64,000 nucleotides of DNA from NCBI RefSeq assembly GCF_009914755.1, contig NC_060931.1; one strand, given 5' to 3'. Position 1 is the stretch's first letter; each line of letters begins with the position of its first letter. Made by a program: the position numbers and the translations under genes. This document shows positions 28,334 to 42,474 of the stretch, piece by piece. The stretch comes from the human T2T-CHM13v2.0 reference genome, Homo sapiens. Below the pieces are notes generated by a model. That model ran no database searches. It was not told the origin of the DNA and was given only the letters and a program-made list of their open reading frames with translations.

Positions 28334-30526
28334 CTAGCAGCCCTAATCCTCTTCCGGCAGTTTGTTTTATGTCTTCCACTTCCAATTAATGCCATGTTTT
28401 CCATCTTCTTTCTCCCACATTCTACCCCTGCCTACTCCAAGTCCAGAGTCCCTCTGTGTTTTGTCTAGCAGCTTGGCTCACTCCACACTATCATCCTTCT
28501 TTGCATTTACACAGGACTATTTAGGACTATAGCTTCCTCCTATTCATAGTACTTCTTAACATCTCTCATCTGTTCATGGTTCCCTCTAGTACATTGTCCT
28601 TATAAAAGTGCTGGGCATTGGAGAGTAATCTAGTTCAAGTACTCCAGACTACCCTTTTATGGCATTTGTTTAGTAATTCAAAAGGATATCCTACATTGGG
28701 GCAGGTACTTCTCTACAGAAGGAAATATTTTAATGAAAGGAAATTGTCAATCTGTCATCGTAGGTTTGGAGACATAATTTTGGGGAGCCCCAAGATGAGA
28801 AGGGAGAGAAAATGCTATTTTTATTAATTTGTTCCTACGTATTCCCCCACTCCCCATCTGGAGGATTGGTATTTTCATGAGAGACATCTGGCAGCCCTGT
28901 CTGTTCCATTCCATGGTTTCTCATTAATAGAACCTACAAGGAAAATGAGCTGCAGTTATTCTTTCTTTCTTGTAAATATAGCATCTTGCAATGATTGCAG
29001 CACTTTGGATATTATCATGGCTTTATCTCCCTGGAATAATTTCTCATTTTCTATTTTGAGGTACATTGTTCTATTCTTCTGATCGAAGGACTTTCACTCA
29101 TTTTGATTCTAGCAACACTATAAAATTAGAGGGAAAAAACTTCAGAAGTTGCAAAACAGTAATGCTGTGGCCTTGTTAAGTTAAGGGACATCACGCTGTT
29201 TACCCATTCACACATGCTTATTGATTTAACGTTTTGTAAATTTAGCTTTCTTCAGTCTCAGCTGATGTGTGGGTGCATATACCAACCAGACTGATATTTA
29301 TGCCATAAGTGAGAAATGAGTTGATAATTTATGAGTGGTGAAACCTAAAGTCAGTTTTTCCCTCAGGAAAGGAAAAAAAACACATGCAGCACATCTTAGA
29401 CAACTCTCTTCTTTGATTCTTTCATGAAAGTGCACACTTATTGATGGGGTAATTGGAAGAGGGAATTATGCATTTTGGTCAGCCAGCCCACATTTTCCTC
29501 TATGAATTATCTCTGAGAGAAATGTACCTGACTAACAGATTTCTTTTTCTTGCCTTTTCTCTGCATCTGTGCAGAGGTTGGGCCTACACTAATGAGGACG
29601 TCCTGGGAGTTTAGTGCCTACATATAGAATGTCTGAGGGTTAATACTAAGTGACTGGCCCATGAAGATGCCATGCTGAGGGTGGAGCTAGTAAAATACGT
29701 CTATGTAATGATTGATATATGAATACCTCCCCTCGTTCTATGCCTCTGTGCTTTACAAAAGAGTTCTCTGATATTGTTTTGTGTCCTTTTAAACAAGAGA
29801 AGTAGATTTGATCACAAAGGGCCCATGCTGTAATGGAGAGAAGGACATGTAAGTTTGGAGAAGAGAGGGTAGGGGAGAGTTGTTTTAATGCCCTCTGGGA
29901 AAAACATCCAAATAAACACACACACATGCATGCATACGCATGCATGCAAATACTCATTCTCACATACATGTGCTCAGAGATGAGAATGGGGAATACTAAA
30001 GTTAAAAAAATGTCAGCTGGTCAGTCTCTTCTCCTCCTCCTTATCCTCCTCACTCTCCTTGCATTTGGAGATGTCTATGGAAGCCCAAGGACATGTAAGC
30101 CAGGAAACTGATCAAAAGTACCAATGCTTGTGTCAAAAATTTCTTACCCCCACAGCAACATGAATCCTTCAGAGACCATGGGCTTTGATATAAGACTTAA
30201 ACTGTTTTGACTTAGTTTTGCCACTGGTCATCCTAGGGGAGAGAAAGAAACAGAAGTCAGGAATTTGACTCAAATGCTAAAGCTGAAAAAAGAAGGAAAA
30301 CTTGCAGGGTGCCACACAGCATTCATTGGTCCATAGCAATTCTGATAAACAGCCAGGAACCTGTCATTAATTTCTTAATAAATGCCCAATGCTGTTCCTT
30401 GGGAATGACGCTCTGCTTTTCATGGTTCTTTGTTCAAGTTAGCAGTGCTTCTACCAGAATAAGTCTCTCAAATATTCTGTGGATTCTCAATGAATCATAT
30501 AAAGGTTCAATCCTTCTAAAAAAGGA

Positions 30527-30817
30527 TTTTTTTTGAGACACAGTCTCATTCTGTCACCAAGGCTTGAGTGCAGTTGTGCAATCCTGGTTCACTGTAATTT
30601 GAACTCCTAGACTCAAACAATCCTCCCACCTCAGCCTCCCAAGTAGCTAGGACTGCAGGCTTGCTCCACTATGACTAGCTAATTTTAAAAAATTGTTTTG
30701 TAGAGACAGAGTCTCACTATGTTGCTCAGGCTGATCTTGAACTCTTGACATCAAGCAATCCTACTGCATTGGCCACCTAAAGTGCTGGGATTACAGGCAT
30801 GAGCCACTGGGCCTGGC
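30527..30817 (-). mobile_element. AluJ
   Basis: Diverged reverse dimer. Confidence 0.9.
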
Positions 30818-31209
30818 AAGAAAAGAACTTTTAAGAAAGCTACAACTTCAAATCTTTTAAGATAAGCTGTCTTCAACATTGGAGTCCTTATGAAGCTGCT
30901 GTGTGATAATCCCTTAAAATTCTAAGAAGCCCCATTGCTTAACAGAAAGGTTGTGAGGCACACCTTTAAGATCCTTAGAAGGACTTTCGTCTATTGAAAA
31001 TAATCTATGGGGTCTCATCTTAAATCATTCTGAGGTCTTAACAAAATATTTTACAGGCCCATCCTGGATTTAACCTTTGTCTGAAAGCCATTTCTTAATT
31101 TAAGAACATTTTGCCAATTTTAAGACATTGAAATAAGACATAGTTTAATTTTCATATCTCACTTCTTTATAATTCCTCTAACTTTTGCTTGAAAATTAAA
31201 TAGTTACTT

Positions 31210-31785
31210 TGTTAGCTTTCTATTTCTGTGTAACCAATTACCATACATTTAACAGCCTAAAGCAATACAAATGTATTATCTCATAGTTTCTATGGATCAG
31301 GAGTCCAGTATGCTTTAGCTGGATCTTCTGTTCATGGTCTTACAAGGCTGAAAGCAAGGTGTCAGCCAGCTGCAGCCTCATCTGGAGGCTCAACTGGGGA
31401 AAGATCTGCTTCCAAGCTCCCTCATTCAGGTTGATGACAGAAATGATTTCTTTGGACTGTATAACTAAGATTCCTATTTCTTGCTGCTTTCAGCTTTTAC
31501 AGGACACTGTCAGGTTATTGTCATGCAATCCCCTTCATAGACCCTCTAGCCCTTCAAATCTTTTCACAAAATGGGACCAGGCCCTTTTAAGGGCTCACCT
31601 GATTGGGTAAAGAGCCCCCCTAGGATAATCTCCTTTTGATTAAATCAAAGTTAATGATAAGGGGCTTTAATTATGTTTTATATTTTAATTACATGCAAAA
31701 TTCTTTTTTTCCATATAACCTAATTATGAGTGAAATACCAGGGGGTTGAGATGGTGGACGCCATCTTAGAATTCTGCCTACAACA
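31210..31785 (-). mobile_element. MLT1E-like MaLR LTR
   Basis: GGAAAGATCTGCTTCCAAGCTC; GCCATCTTAGAATTCTGCCTACAACA terminus. Confidence 0.75.
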
Positions 31786-32095
31786 AGATTTTGGTTCATC
31801 TGTTCTTCCATTTTACTACAGGCAGCTAAAAAATTCCAGGTAGCACCATCAATGTTCTACATGAAAACTTCCTTAGCTAGATCCTTAGTTTATTATATCT
31901 TTCTATTTTTTACATTCTGCTATTCTATAAGGTTCCCTTTTCTGCAGCTTCCAATAACATTTTCCTTAAGGCTGTTATACCTTCCCTGGGACCTCTTAGG
32001 CTTCCACTAACATTATTGGCAAGGCTCTTTAGGTTTCCACTACATTCTTCCAGTTTCCACCAATCATTTGGTCCCAAAGCCAATAATACATTTCA

Positions 32096-32438
32096 GTTTT
32101 GTTGTTGTTGTTGTTGTTGTTGGTGGTGGTGGTGTGTGTATGTGTGTGTGTGTTTGAGACAAGTTCTCACTCTGCCACCCAGAGGCTAGAGCACAGTGGC
32201 GTGGCCTGAGCTCACTGCAGCCTTGACCTCCTGGGCTCAAGTGATCCTCCCACCTCAGCCTCCCAAGTAGCTGGGACCACAGGTGTATAGCACCACACTT
32301 GGATAATTTTGTATTTTTTGTAGAGCTGTGGTTTTATCATGTTGTGCAGGCTGGTCTCAAACACCTGAGCTCAAGAGATCTGCCAGCCTCAGCCTCCCAA
32401 AGTGCTGGGATTACAGGCATGAGCCACCATGTCCAGCC
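32096..32438 (-). mobile_element. AluJ with compound (TTG)n(TGG)n(TG)n tail
   Basis: Reverse dimer preceded by a compound microsatellite. Confidence 0.92.
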
Positions 32439-32669
32439 TTAGGTTTTTCTTATGGCAGCAGTACCAAAAGCAGGCACAAGCACTAAAATCTGCATCAATT
32501 ATACACAGCTGTGTAACAAGCCACTCTAAAACTTAGTGGTGTAAAACAACAACAATCATTTTTTTAGTTCACAAAACTGTCAAAATTCAGGCATAGGTCT
32601 GTGTCTATTGAACCAATTACTCTGATAAGAGGTGAAATTGCCCTGTAAGGTTAAAAATCTCAAGACTAG

Positions 32670-34841
<2,172 letters not shown>

Positions 34842-35840
34842 GAGGAGTTGCTTCCAAGATGGCTAAATAGGAACAGCTCCAGTCTGTAGCTCCCAGCGAG
34901 ACTGAGGCAGAAGATGGGTGATTTCTACAGTTCCAACCGAGGTACCTGGTTCATCTCATTGGGACTGCTTGGACAGTGGGTGCAGCCCACGGAGGGTGAG
35001 ATGAAGCAGCGCGGGGCATCGCCTCACCCGGGAAGTGCAAGGGGTCGGGGGATTTCCCTTTCCTAGCCAAGGGAAGCCATGACAGACTGTACCTGGAGAA
35101 ATGGTACACTTCTGACCAAATTCTGAGCTTTTCCCACAGTCTTACCAACTGGCAGACCGGGAGATACCCTCCCATACCTGGCTTGGCAGGTCCCACACAC
35201 ACGGAGCCTTGCTCACTGCTGGCACAGCAGTCTGAGATGCATTGCTGCAGCTTGATGTGGGGAGGGGCATCTGCCATTGCTGAGGCTTGAGTAGTTCACA
35301 GTGTAAACAAAGCAGTCTGGAAGTACAAACTGGGCAGAGCCCACCGCAGCTCAGCAAAGACTACTGCCTCTCTAGATTCCACCTCTAGGGGCAGGACATA
35401 GCAGAATAAAAGGCAGTAGACAGCTTCTGCAGACTTAAATGTCCCTGTCTGACAGCTCTGAAGATAGCAGTGGTTCCCTCAGCATGGCATTCGAGCTCTG
35501 AGAATGAACTATCTCCCGAAGTGGGTCTCTGACCCCCGTGTAGGCTGACTAGGAGACACCTCAGACAGGCAGGTGCCTCTCTGGGACGAAGTTTCCAGAT
35601 GAAGGATCAGGCAGCAATATTTGCTATTCTGCAGCCTGTGCTGGTGATACCCAGGCAAACAGGGTCTGGAGTGGACCTCTAGCAAAGTCCAACAGACCTG
35701 CAGCTGAGGGTCCTGACTGTTAGAAGGACAACTAACAAACAGAAAGGAATACCATCAACATCAACTAAAAGGACATCCACACCAAAATCCCATCTGTAGT
35801 TCACCAACATCAAAGACCAAAGGTAGATAAAATCACAAAG

Positions 35841-36871
35841 ATGGGGAGAAGCCAGAGCAGAAAAGCTGAAAATTCCAAAAAACAGAGCCTCTCTTCTCCT
35901 CCAAAGGATCACAGCTACTCGCCAGCAAGGGAACAAAACTGGACTGGACGGAGAATGAGTTTGATGAGTTGACAGAAGTAGGCTTCAGAAGGTCGGTAAT
36001 AACAAACTTCACTGAGCTAAAGAAGAATGTTCTAACTCATCGCAAGGAAGCTAAAAACGTTGAAAAAAGGTTAGATGAATGGCTAACTAGAATAAACAGT
36101 GTAGAGAAGACCTTAAATGACCTGATGGAGCTGAAAACCACAGCATGAGAACTTCGTGACGCATGCAGAAGCTTCAGTGGTTAATTCGATCAAGTGGAAG
36201 AAAAGATATCAGTGACTGAAGATCAAATTAATGAAATAAAGTGAGAAGACAAGATTAGAGAAAAAAGAGTGAAAAGAAACGAACAAAGCTTCCAAGAAAT
36301 ATGGGACTATGTGAAAAGACCAAATATACATTTGATTGCTGTACTGGAAAGTGACAGGGAGAATGGAACGAAGTTAGAAAACACTCTTCAGGATATTATC
36401 TAGGAGAACTTCCCTAACCTAGCAAGGCAGGCCAACATTCAAATTCAGGAAATACAGAGAACACCAGAAAGATACTCCTTGAGAAGAGCAACCTCAAGAC
36501 ACATAAATGTCAGATTCACCAATGTTGAAATGAAGGAAAAAAGGTTAAGGGCAGCCAGAGAGAAAGGTCGAATTACCCACAAAGGGAAATCCATCAGACT
36601 AACAGCGTATCTCCCGGCAGAAATCCTACAAGCCAGAAGAGAGTGGGGGCCAATATGCAACATTCTTAAATAAAAGAATTTTCAACCCAGAATCTCACAT
36701 CCAGCCAAACTAAGCTTCATAAGTGAAGGAGAAATAAAATCCTTTACAGACAAGCAAATGCTGAGAAATTTTGTCACCATCAGGCCTGCCCTAAAAGAGC
36801 TCCTGAAGGAAGCACTAAACAAAGAAAAGAATAACCGGTACCAGGCACTACAAAAACATGCCAAATGATAA
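35841..36871 (+). pseudogene. L1 ORF1p remnant with stops and frameshifts
   Basis: ATGGGGAGAAGCCAGAGC start; peptide RRATSRHINVRFTNVEMKEKRLRAAREKGRITHKGKSIRLT. Confidence 0.9.
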
Positions 36872-36934
36872 AGACCATCAATGCTATGAAGAAGCTGCAT
36901 CAATTAATGGGCAAAATAACCAGTGAACATCATA

Positions 36935-37612
36935 ATGACAGCATCAAATTCACACATGACCATATTAACCTTAAATGTAAATGGACTAAATGCCCCAATT
37001 AAAAGACACAAACTGGCAAATTGGATGAAGAGTCAAGACCCATCAGTGTGCTGTATTCAGGAGACCCACCTCACGTGCAAAGATGCACATAGGCTCAAAA
37101 TAAAGGCGTGGAGGAAGATCTACCAAGCAAATGGAAAGCAAAAAAAAAAAAAAAGCAGAGGTTGCAATCCTAGTCTCTGATAAAACAGACTTTAAACCAA
37201 CAAAGATCAAAAGAGACAAAGAAGGCTACTACATAATGGTAAAGGAATCAATTCAATAAGAGGAGCTAACTATCCTAAATATATATGCACCCAATACAGG
37301 AGCACCCAGATTCATAAAGCAAGTCCTTAGAGACCTAAAAAGAGACTTATACTCCCACACAAAAATAATGGGAGACTTTAACTCCCCACTGTCAATATTA
37401 GACAGATCAATGAGACAGAAGGTTAACAAGGATATCCAGGACTTGAACTCAGCTCTGGACCAAGCAGACCTAATAGACATCTACAGAACTCTCCACCCCA
37501 AATCAACAGAATATACATTCTTCTCAGCACCATATCGCACTGATTCTAAAATTGACCACAGAATTGGAAGTAAAGCACTCCTCAGCAAATGTAAAAGAAC
37601 AAAAATCACAAC
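36935..37612 (+). pseudogene. L1 ORF2p endonuclease remnant
   Basis: MTASNSHMTILTLNVNGLNAPIKRH..CCIQETHL..MGDFNSPLS..YTFFS..KIDH; frameshift at the A-run near 37140-37154. Confidence 0.92.
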
Positions 37613-37796
37613 TATTGTGAATAGTGCCGCAATAAACATACATGTGCATGTGTCTTTATAGTAGCATGATTTATCATCCTTTGGGTATATACCCAGTAAT
37701 GGGATGGCTGGGTCAAATGGTATTTCTAGTTCTAGATCTGGTCTATCATTGATGGACATGTGGGTTGGTTGCAAGTCTTTGCTGTTGTGAACAGTG
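37612..37796 (-). mobile_element. Two short inverted L1PA ORF2 3'-end fragments in permuted order
   Basis: 37612-37738 and ~37739-37796 match, in swapped order, consecutive parts of 39644-39814. Confidence 0.9.
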
Positions 37797-38031
37797 AAGG
37801 GGATTAATGTCCTTATAAACAGGCTTGAGGGAGTCCTGTTGTCCATTCCCCACATGAGGATGTAGCAAGAAGATATCATCTGTGAGCAATGGACCTTCAC
37901 CAGATACTGAATTTGTTGGTGCCTAGATCTTGGACTTCCCAGTCTCTAGAACTATGAGAAATAAATTTTTATTGATTATAAATTATCCATTCTAAGGTAT
38001 TTTGGTATAGCAGCAAGAATGGACCAAGACA
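37797..38031 (+). mobile_element. MST/MLT1A MaLR LTR, 3' half only
   Basis: GGGATTAATGTCCTTATAAA..ATCTTGGACTTCCCAGTCTCTAGAACTATGAGAAATAAA..GGACCAAGACA. Confidence 0.8.
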
Positions 38032-38263
38032 GAGACCCTTAAGCTCTGTTTGGATTCCCCCTTCCTGAGCTAAGACCTATAAACAGCCACCAGGCAGTAA
38101 GCTGGAGCAACTGAAAGGCTCATCTCGTTTTTTTTTTGCCTTCGTTCATGTATCTCATTCTTGCTTGGCCTGTTAGCCAATGTCTGAAAACCATAGTTTC
38201 TTGTATTTCCCCCAGTTTTCTAGTTCTTTATGGCCAGATGGCAGCATTAAAAGTGCAAATATT

Positions 38264-38557
<294 letters not shown>

Positions 38558-39183
38558 TTATTTGAATCCCATTTGCATTCCTGAAAATCTGGATTCACCA
38601 AGTCCTAGATGGAGCCCAGCCATCAGAATTTTGAAAAAACATATAAAGGTGATTCTGCAATGCACTTTCCCAGTTGCCAGTAACTAAAAAGAGGCCATCA
38701 CTACTAATTGACAGCCTCTGATTCCCTATTTGCAATACTGATGGTCACATTTATACGCACACATGCACACACATGTGCATTTTCATTTAGCATATATTAT
38801 CATTTCAATTATTACTTATTTTTACATGTTATTTTTAACCACATTGGGCATTGCAAACTATGAATATACATTTTAAAGTGAACATATATATATTCAACAT
38901 TTTAAAGTACAAAGTCAAGCTGACTTGGTGAGCATGCTTAATTTTTAAAAAATGTTTGATATCTCTATATAAATGACATCTCCAAGGATTTTAAAGATAT
39001 ACTGATCTTTTAAGAAAACTGCTGAGCCTACTCACATCTGGATTCTGTAATCTGTAGCAAAGTTTTTAGATTATGCAAACACACATACCATAATTTGCAT
39101 ACATGTATAGGTTTTTGAATATTACAACAGCATAGCTAATGTTTATTGAGTACTTATGTGCCAGGCACTGAACTAAATTCTTT

Positions 39184-40485
39184 TTTTTTTTTTTAATTTG
39201 TGAGCATGGCCAGCTTTATATTTTTCGGCTGGTCTATGCCTCTATTTTTAAAATTTTATTTTTATTTTATTATACTTTAAGTTATAGGGTACATATGCAC
39301 AACGTGCAGGTTTGTTACATATGTATACATGTGCCATGTTGGTGTACTGCACCCATTAACTCGTCATTTACATTAGGTATATCTCCTAATGCTATCCCTC
39401 CCCCCTGCCCCCACCAAATGACAGGCACTGGTGTGTAATGTTCCCCTTCCTGTGTCCAGGTGTTCTCATTGTTCAATTCCCACCTATGAGTGAGAACATG
39501 CGGTGTTTGATTTTTTGTCCTTGTGATAGTTTGCTGAGAATGATGGTTTCCAGCTTCATCCATGTCCCTACAAAGGACATGAACTCATCATTTCTTATGG
39601 CTGCATAGTATTCCATGGTGTATATGTGCCACATTTTCTTAATCCAGTCTATCACTGATGGACATTTGGGTTGGTTCCAAGTCTTTGTTATTGTGAATAG
39701 TGCCGCAGTAAACATACGTGTGCATGTGTCTTTATAGCAGCATGGTTTATAATCCTTTGGGTATATACCCAGTAATGGGATGGCTGGGTCAAATGGTATT
39801 TCTAGTTCTAGATCCTTGAGGAATCGCCACACTGTCTTCCACAATCGTTGAACTAGCTTACAGTCCCACCAACAGTGTAAAAGTGTTCCTATTTCTCCAC
39901 ATCCTCTCCAGCACCTGTTGTTTCCTGACTTTTTAATGACTGCCATTCTAACTGGTGTGAGATGGTATCTCATTGTGGTTTTGATTTGCATTTCTCTGAT
40001 GGCCAGGGATGATGAGCATTTTTTCATTGTCTATTGGCTGCATAAATGTCTTCTTTTGAGAAGTGTCTGTTCATATCCTTCACCCACTTGTTGATGGGGT
40101 GGTTTGTTTTTTTCTTGTAAGTTTGTTTGAGTTCTTTGTAGATTCTGAATATTAGCCCTTTGTCAGATGAGTAGATTGCAAAAATTTTCTCCCATTCTGT
40201 AGGTTGCCTGTTCACTCTGATGGTAGTTTCTTTTGCTGTGCAGAAGCTCTTTAGTTTAATTAGATCCCATTTGTCAATTTTGGCTTTTGTTGCCATTGCT
40301 TTTGGTATTTTAGACATGAAATACTTGCCCATGCCTATGTCCTGAATGGTATTGCCTAGGTTTTCTTCTAGAGATTTTATGGTTTTAGGTCTAACATTTA
40401 AGTCTTTAATCCATCTTGAATTAGTTTTTGTATAAGGTGTAAGGAAGGGATCCAGTTTCAGCTTTCTACATATGGCTAGCCAGTT
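39184..40485 (-). mobile_element. 5'-truncated L1PA4/5-like element with 3' transduction, inserted in a MIR
   Basis: ORF2 C-terminal peptides (ORFs 40024-40533 and 39473-40027); L1 3' end near 39245; 13-bp TSD AACTAAATTCTTT at 39171-39183 and 40486-40498. Confidence 0.93.
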
Positions 40486-40971
40486 AACTAAATTCTTTAT
40501 GTTGATTATATCTTTTGAAACTGAAACCACCACAAAAGGTAGGTCATTATCTCCTTTTATAGAGATTGGTATCTTGCCAGCTTCTACTCATGCCTCCTCA
40601 TCCTTACAACAACTCTATGAGATAGGTATTATTATTATTGCCAACTTCCAGATAAGGGAGAGAGGCACAGAATGGTTAAGGCAACGAATCATTAGGCATA
40701 TACAATAATATATACAATAATTATTGGGAAATGAAAAGATGTCAGAACCACAGATCAGCTCAGGTCTTTATGACTCCAAAATCTATGTTCACAATAACTG
40801 TGCTAAAAATAAAACACATGTAGAATCAGGAAATACTTATTTCTAAATATTTTGAAATAAGAAAGTAAAACAATGAAAGAATTTTGGCCATTTTTTCCTC
40901 AAATTAATAATATTTTTAAATAAGCCTTTTTTATGGAAAGTAGAGTGAAAACTTGGCAAATGGGAATTTTT

Positions 40972-41059
40972 CTAATGATAACCTTTTTCTCTCAGGTAAG
41001 CAATGACCTTTCAAGTCAATATTTACTACGATTGATTGAAATCTAAACATACAGTAAGT
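40972..41059 (+). other. Candidate recursive splice site with 58-nt RS-exon
   Basis: CTAAT branch-like motif, CCTTTTTCTCTCAG|GTAAGC at 40995/40996, downstream donor ACA|GTAAGT at 41053/41054. Confidence 0.35.
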
Positions 41060-42160
41060 TCAACTGAAAAAGAAAGTTTTGGTATATCAAAGAACTTTGA
41101 TGCAGATAAAGAAGAAAATTATTAATCCTGGGAGAGTCAGAACTTTGATCCCATGTTTACCCTCAAGTGAATGGTAGTGGACACATAACCAAAGAAAAGT
41201 CATTAAAATGAATCAGTGACTTCAGGAATCCCTTGGATCAATACATAGATCTCCCCATGTTTGTAAAAGTTCATTTATCTCTGTGCAAACTGGATGAGTT
41301 CTGTTCAGACATCTCACAATACCACACATTCTCTGTGCATTAAAGTCACAAAGGTGGAACTCAAGATAGTTCAGCCATCAGGTAACATATTGTCCCATCT
41401 CCAAAATAAATGTCTTTTATTAACTTTCACTAAAAACGGTAAGGCAATCTGTGCACATGTGCTTCAAAGACTACCATAAAAAGAAAGAGCAGGAGATGTT
41501 TTTCTATTGCTTCTGGGTTTTGTCTTTTGTTTTAAAGATATACTACTTTCTTCTCTTTTGCCCTTCTACACCCAGAAGCATTTGCCTATTTCATAAACAC
41601 AAAGTTAAAGAAACTTGCATTAATGGACTCTACATGAATATAAATAATGTCCAGGTTTCCATAGCAAACACTTAGTGCTGTTCATCTTCTCTACCCCTTA
41701 CAGCAACTGCAAAGTGAAAGTTAGACACCAGCCTGGAGGTCTAATGAGCACCTGTTTCTTGTACTCAGGATATAACTCAAGCTGCTGTAAAAACTGCATT
41801 TGTAAAAAATATGAGAAATGATAAACAAGCTCCTCTTCCCAGAGGCATAGTATAGTAGCTTATCCAAAGCTATTGCTTCATAAACAAATTCAACCCAATT
41901 GTCATCCCTTGGTGTCCCAGAGGAAAGCAGTACCTGCTTGGAAACAGGAGAACAGGCTCTGGCCCCTGGCTTTAGATCAACTTCCTGGCTTTAGAACCCA
42001 ACACAAGGACCTACTGGCTGTATAATCTTGGGCAAGTCACTTAACCATTCTGTACCTCCCTTCCTTATATGGAAGCTGGGAATAATAATAATAATAATAA
42101 TAATAATACCTATCTCATAGTATAGGTAAAGATGAGTAGGCATTTAAAAAATAGTATTCA

Positions 42161-42474
<314 letters not shown>

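Larger units (their letters stand above)
34842..37612 (+). mobile_element. L1PA7/8-like 5' half: 5' UTR, disrupted ORF1, ORF2 endonuclease domain; 3' half absent
   Basis: CCAAGATGGC (YY1 site)..ATAGGAACAGCTCC start; ORF1 ATG at 35841; ORF2 ATG at 36935; ends abruptly at ..AAAATCACAAC. Confidence 0.95.

Noticed and set aside
39473-40533. 184-aa and 169-aa ORFs, and the similar 184-aa ORF at 61265-61819
   Set aside because: C-terminal fragments of L1 ORF2p in 5'-truncated elements; not host genes and not retrotransposition-competent.
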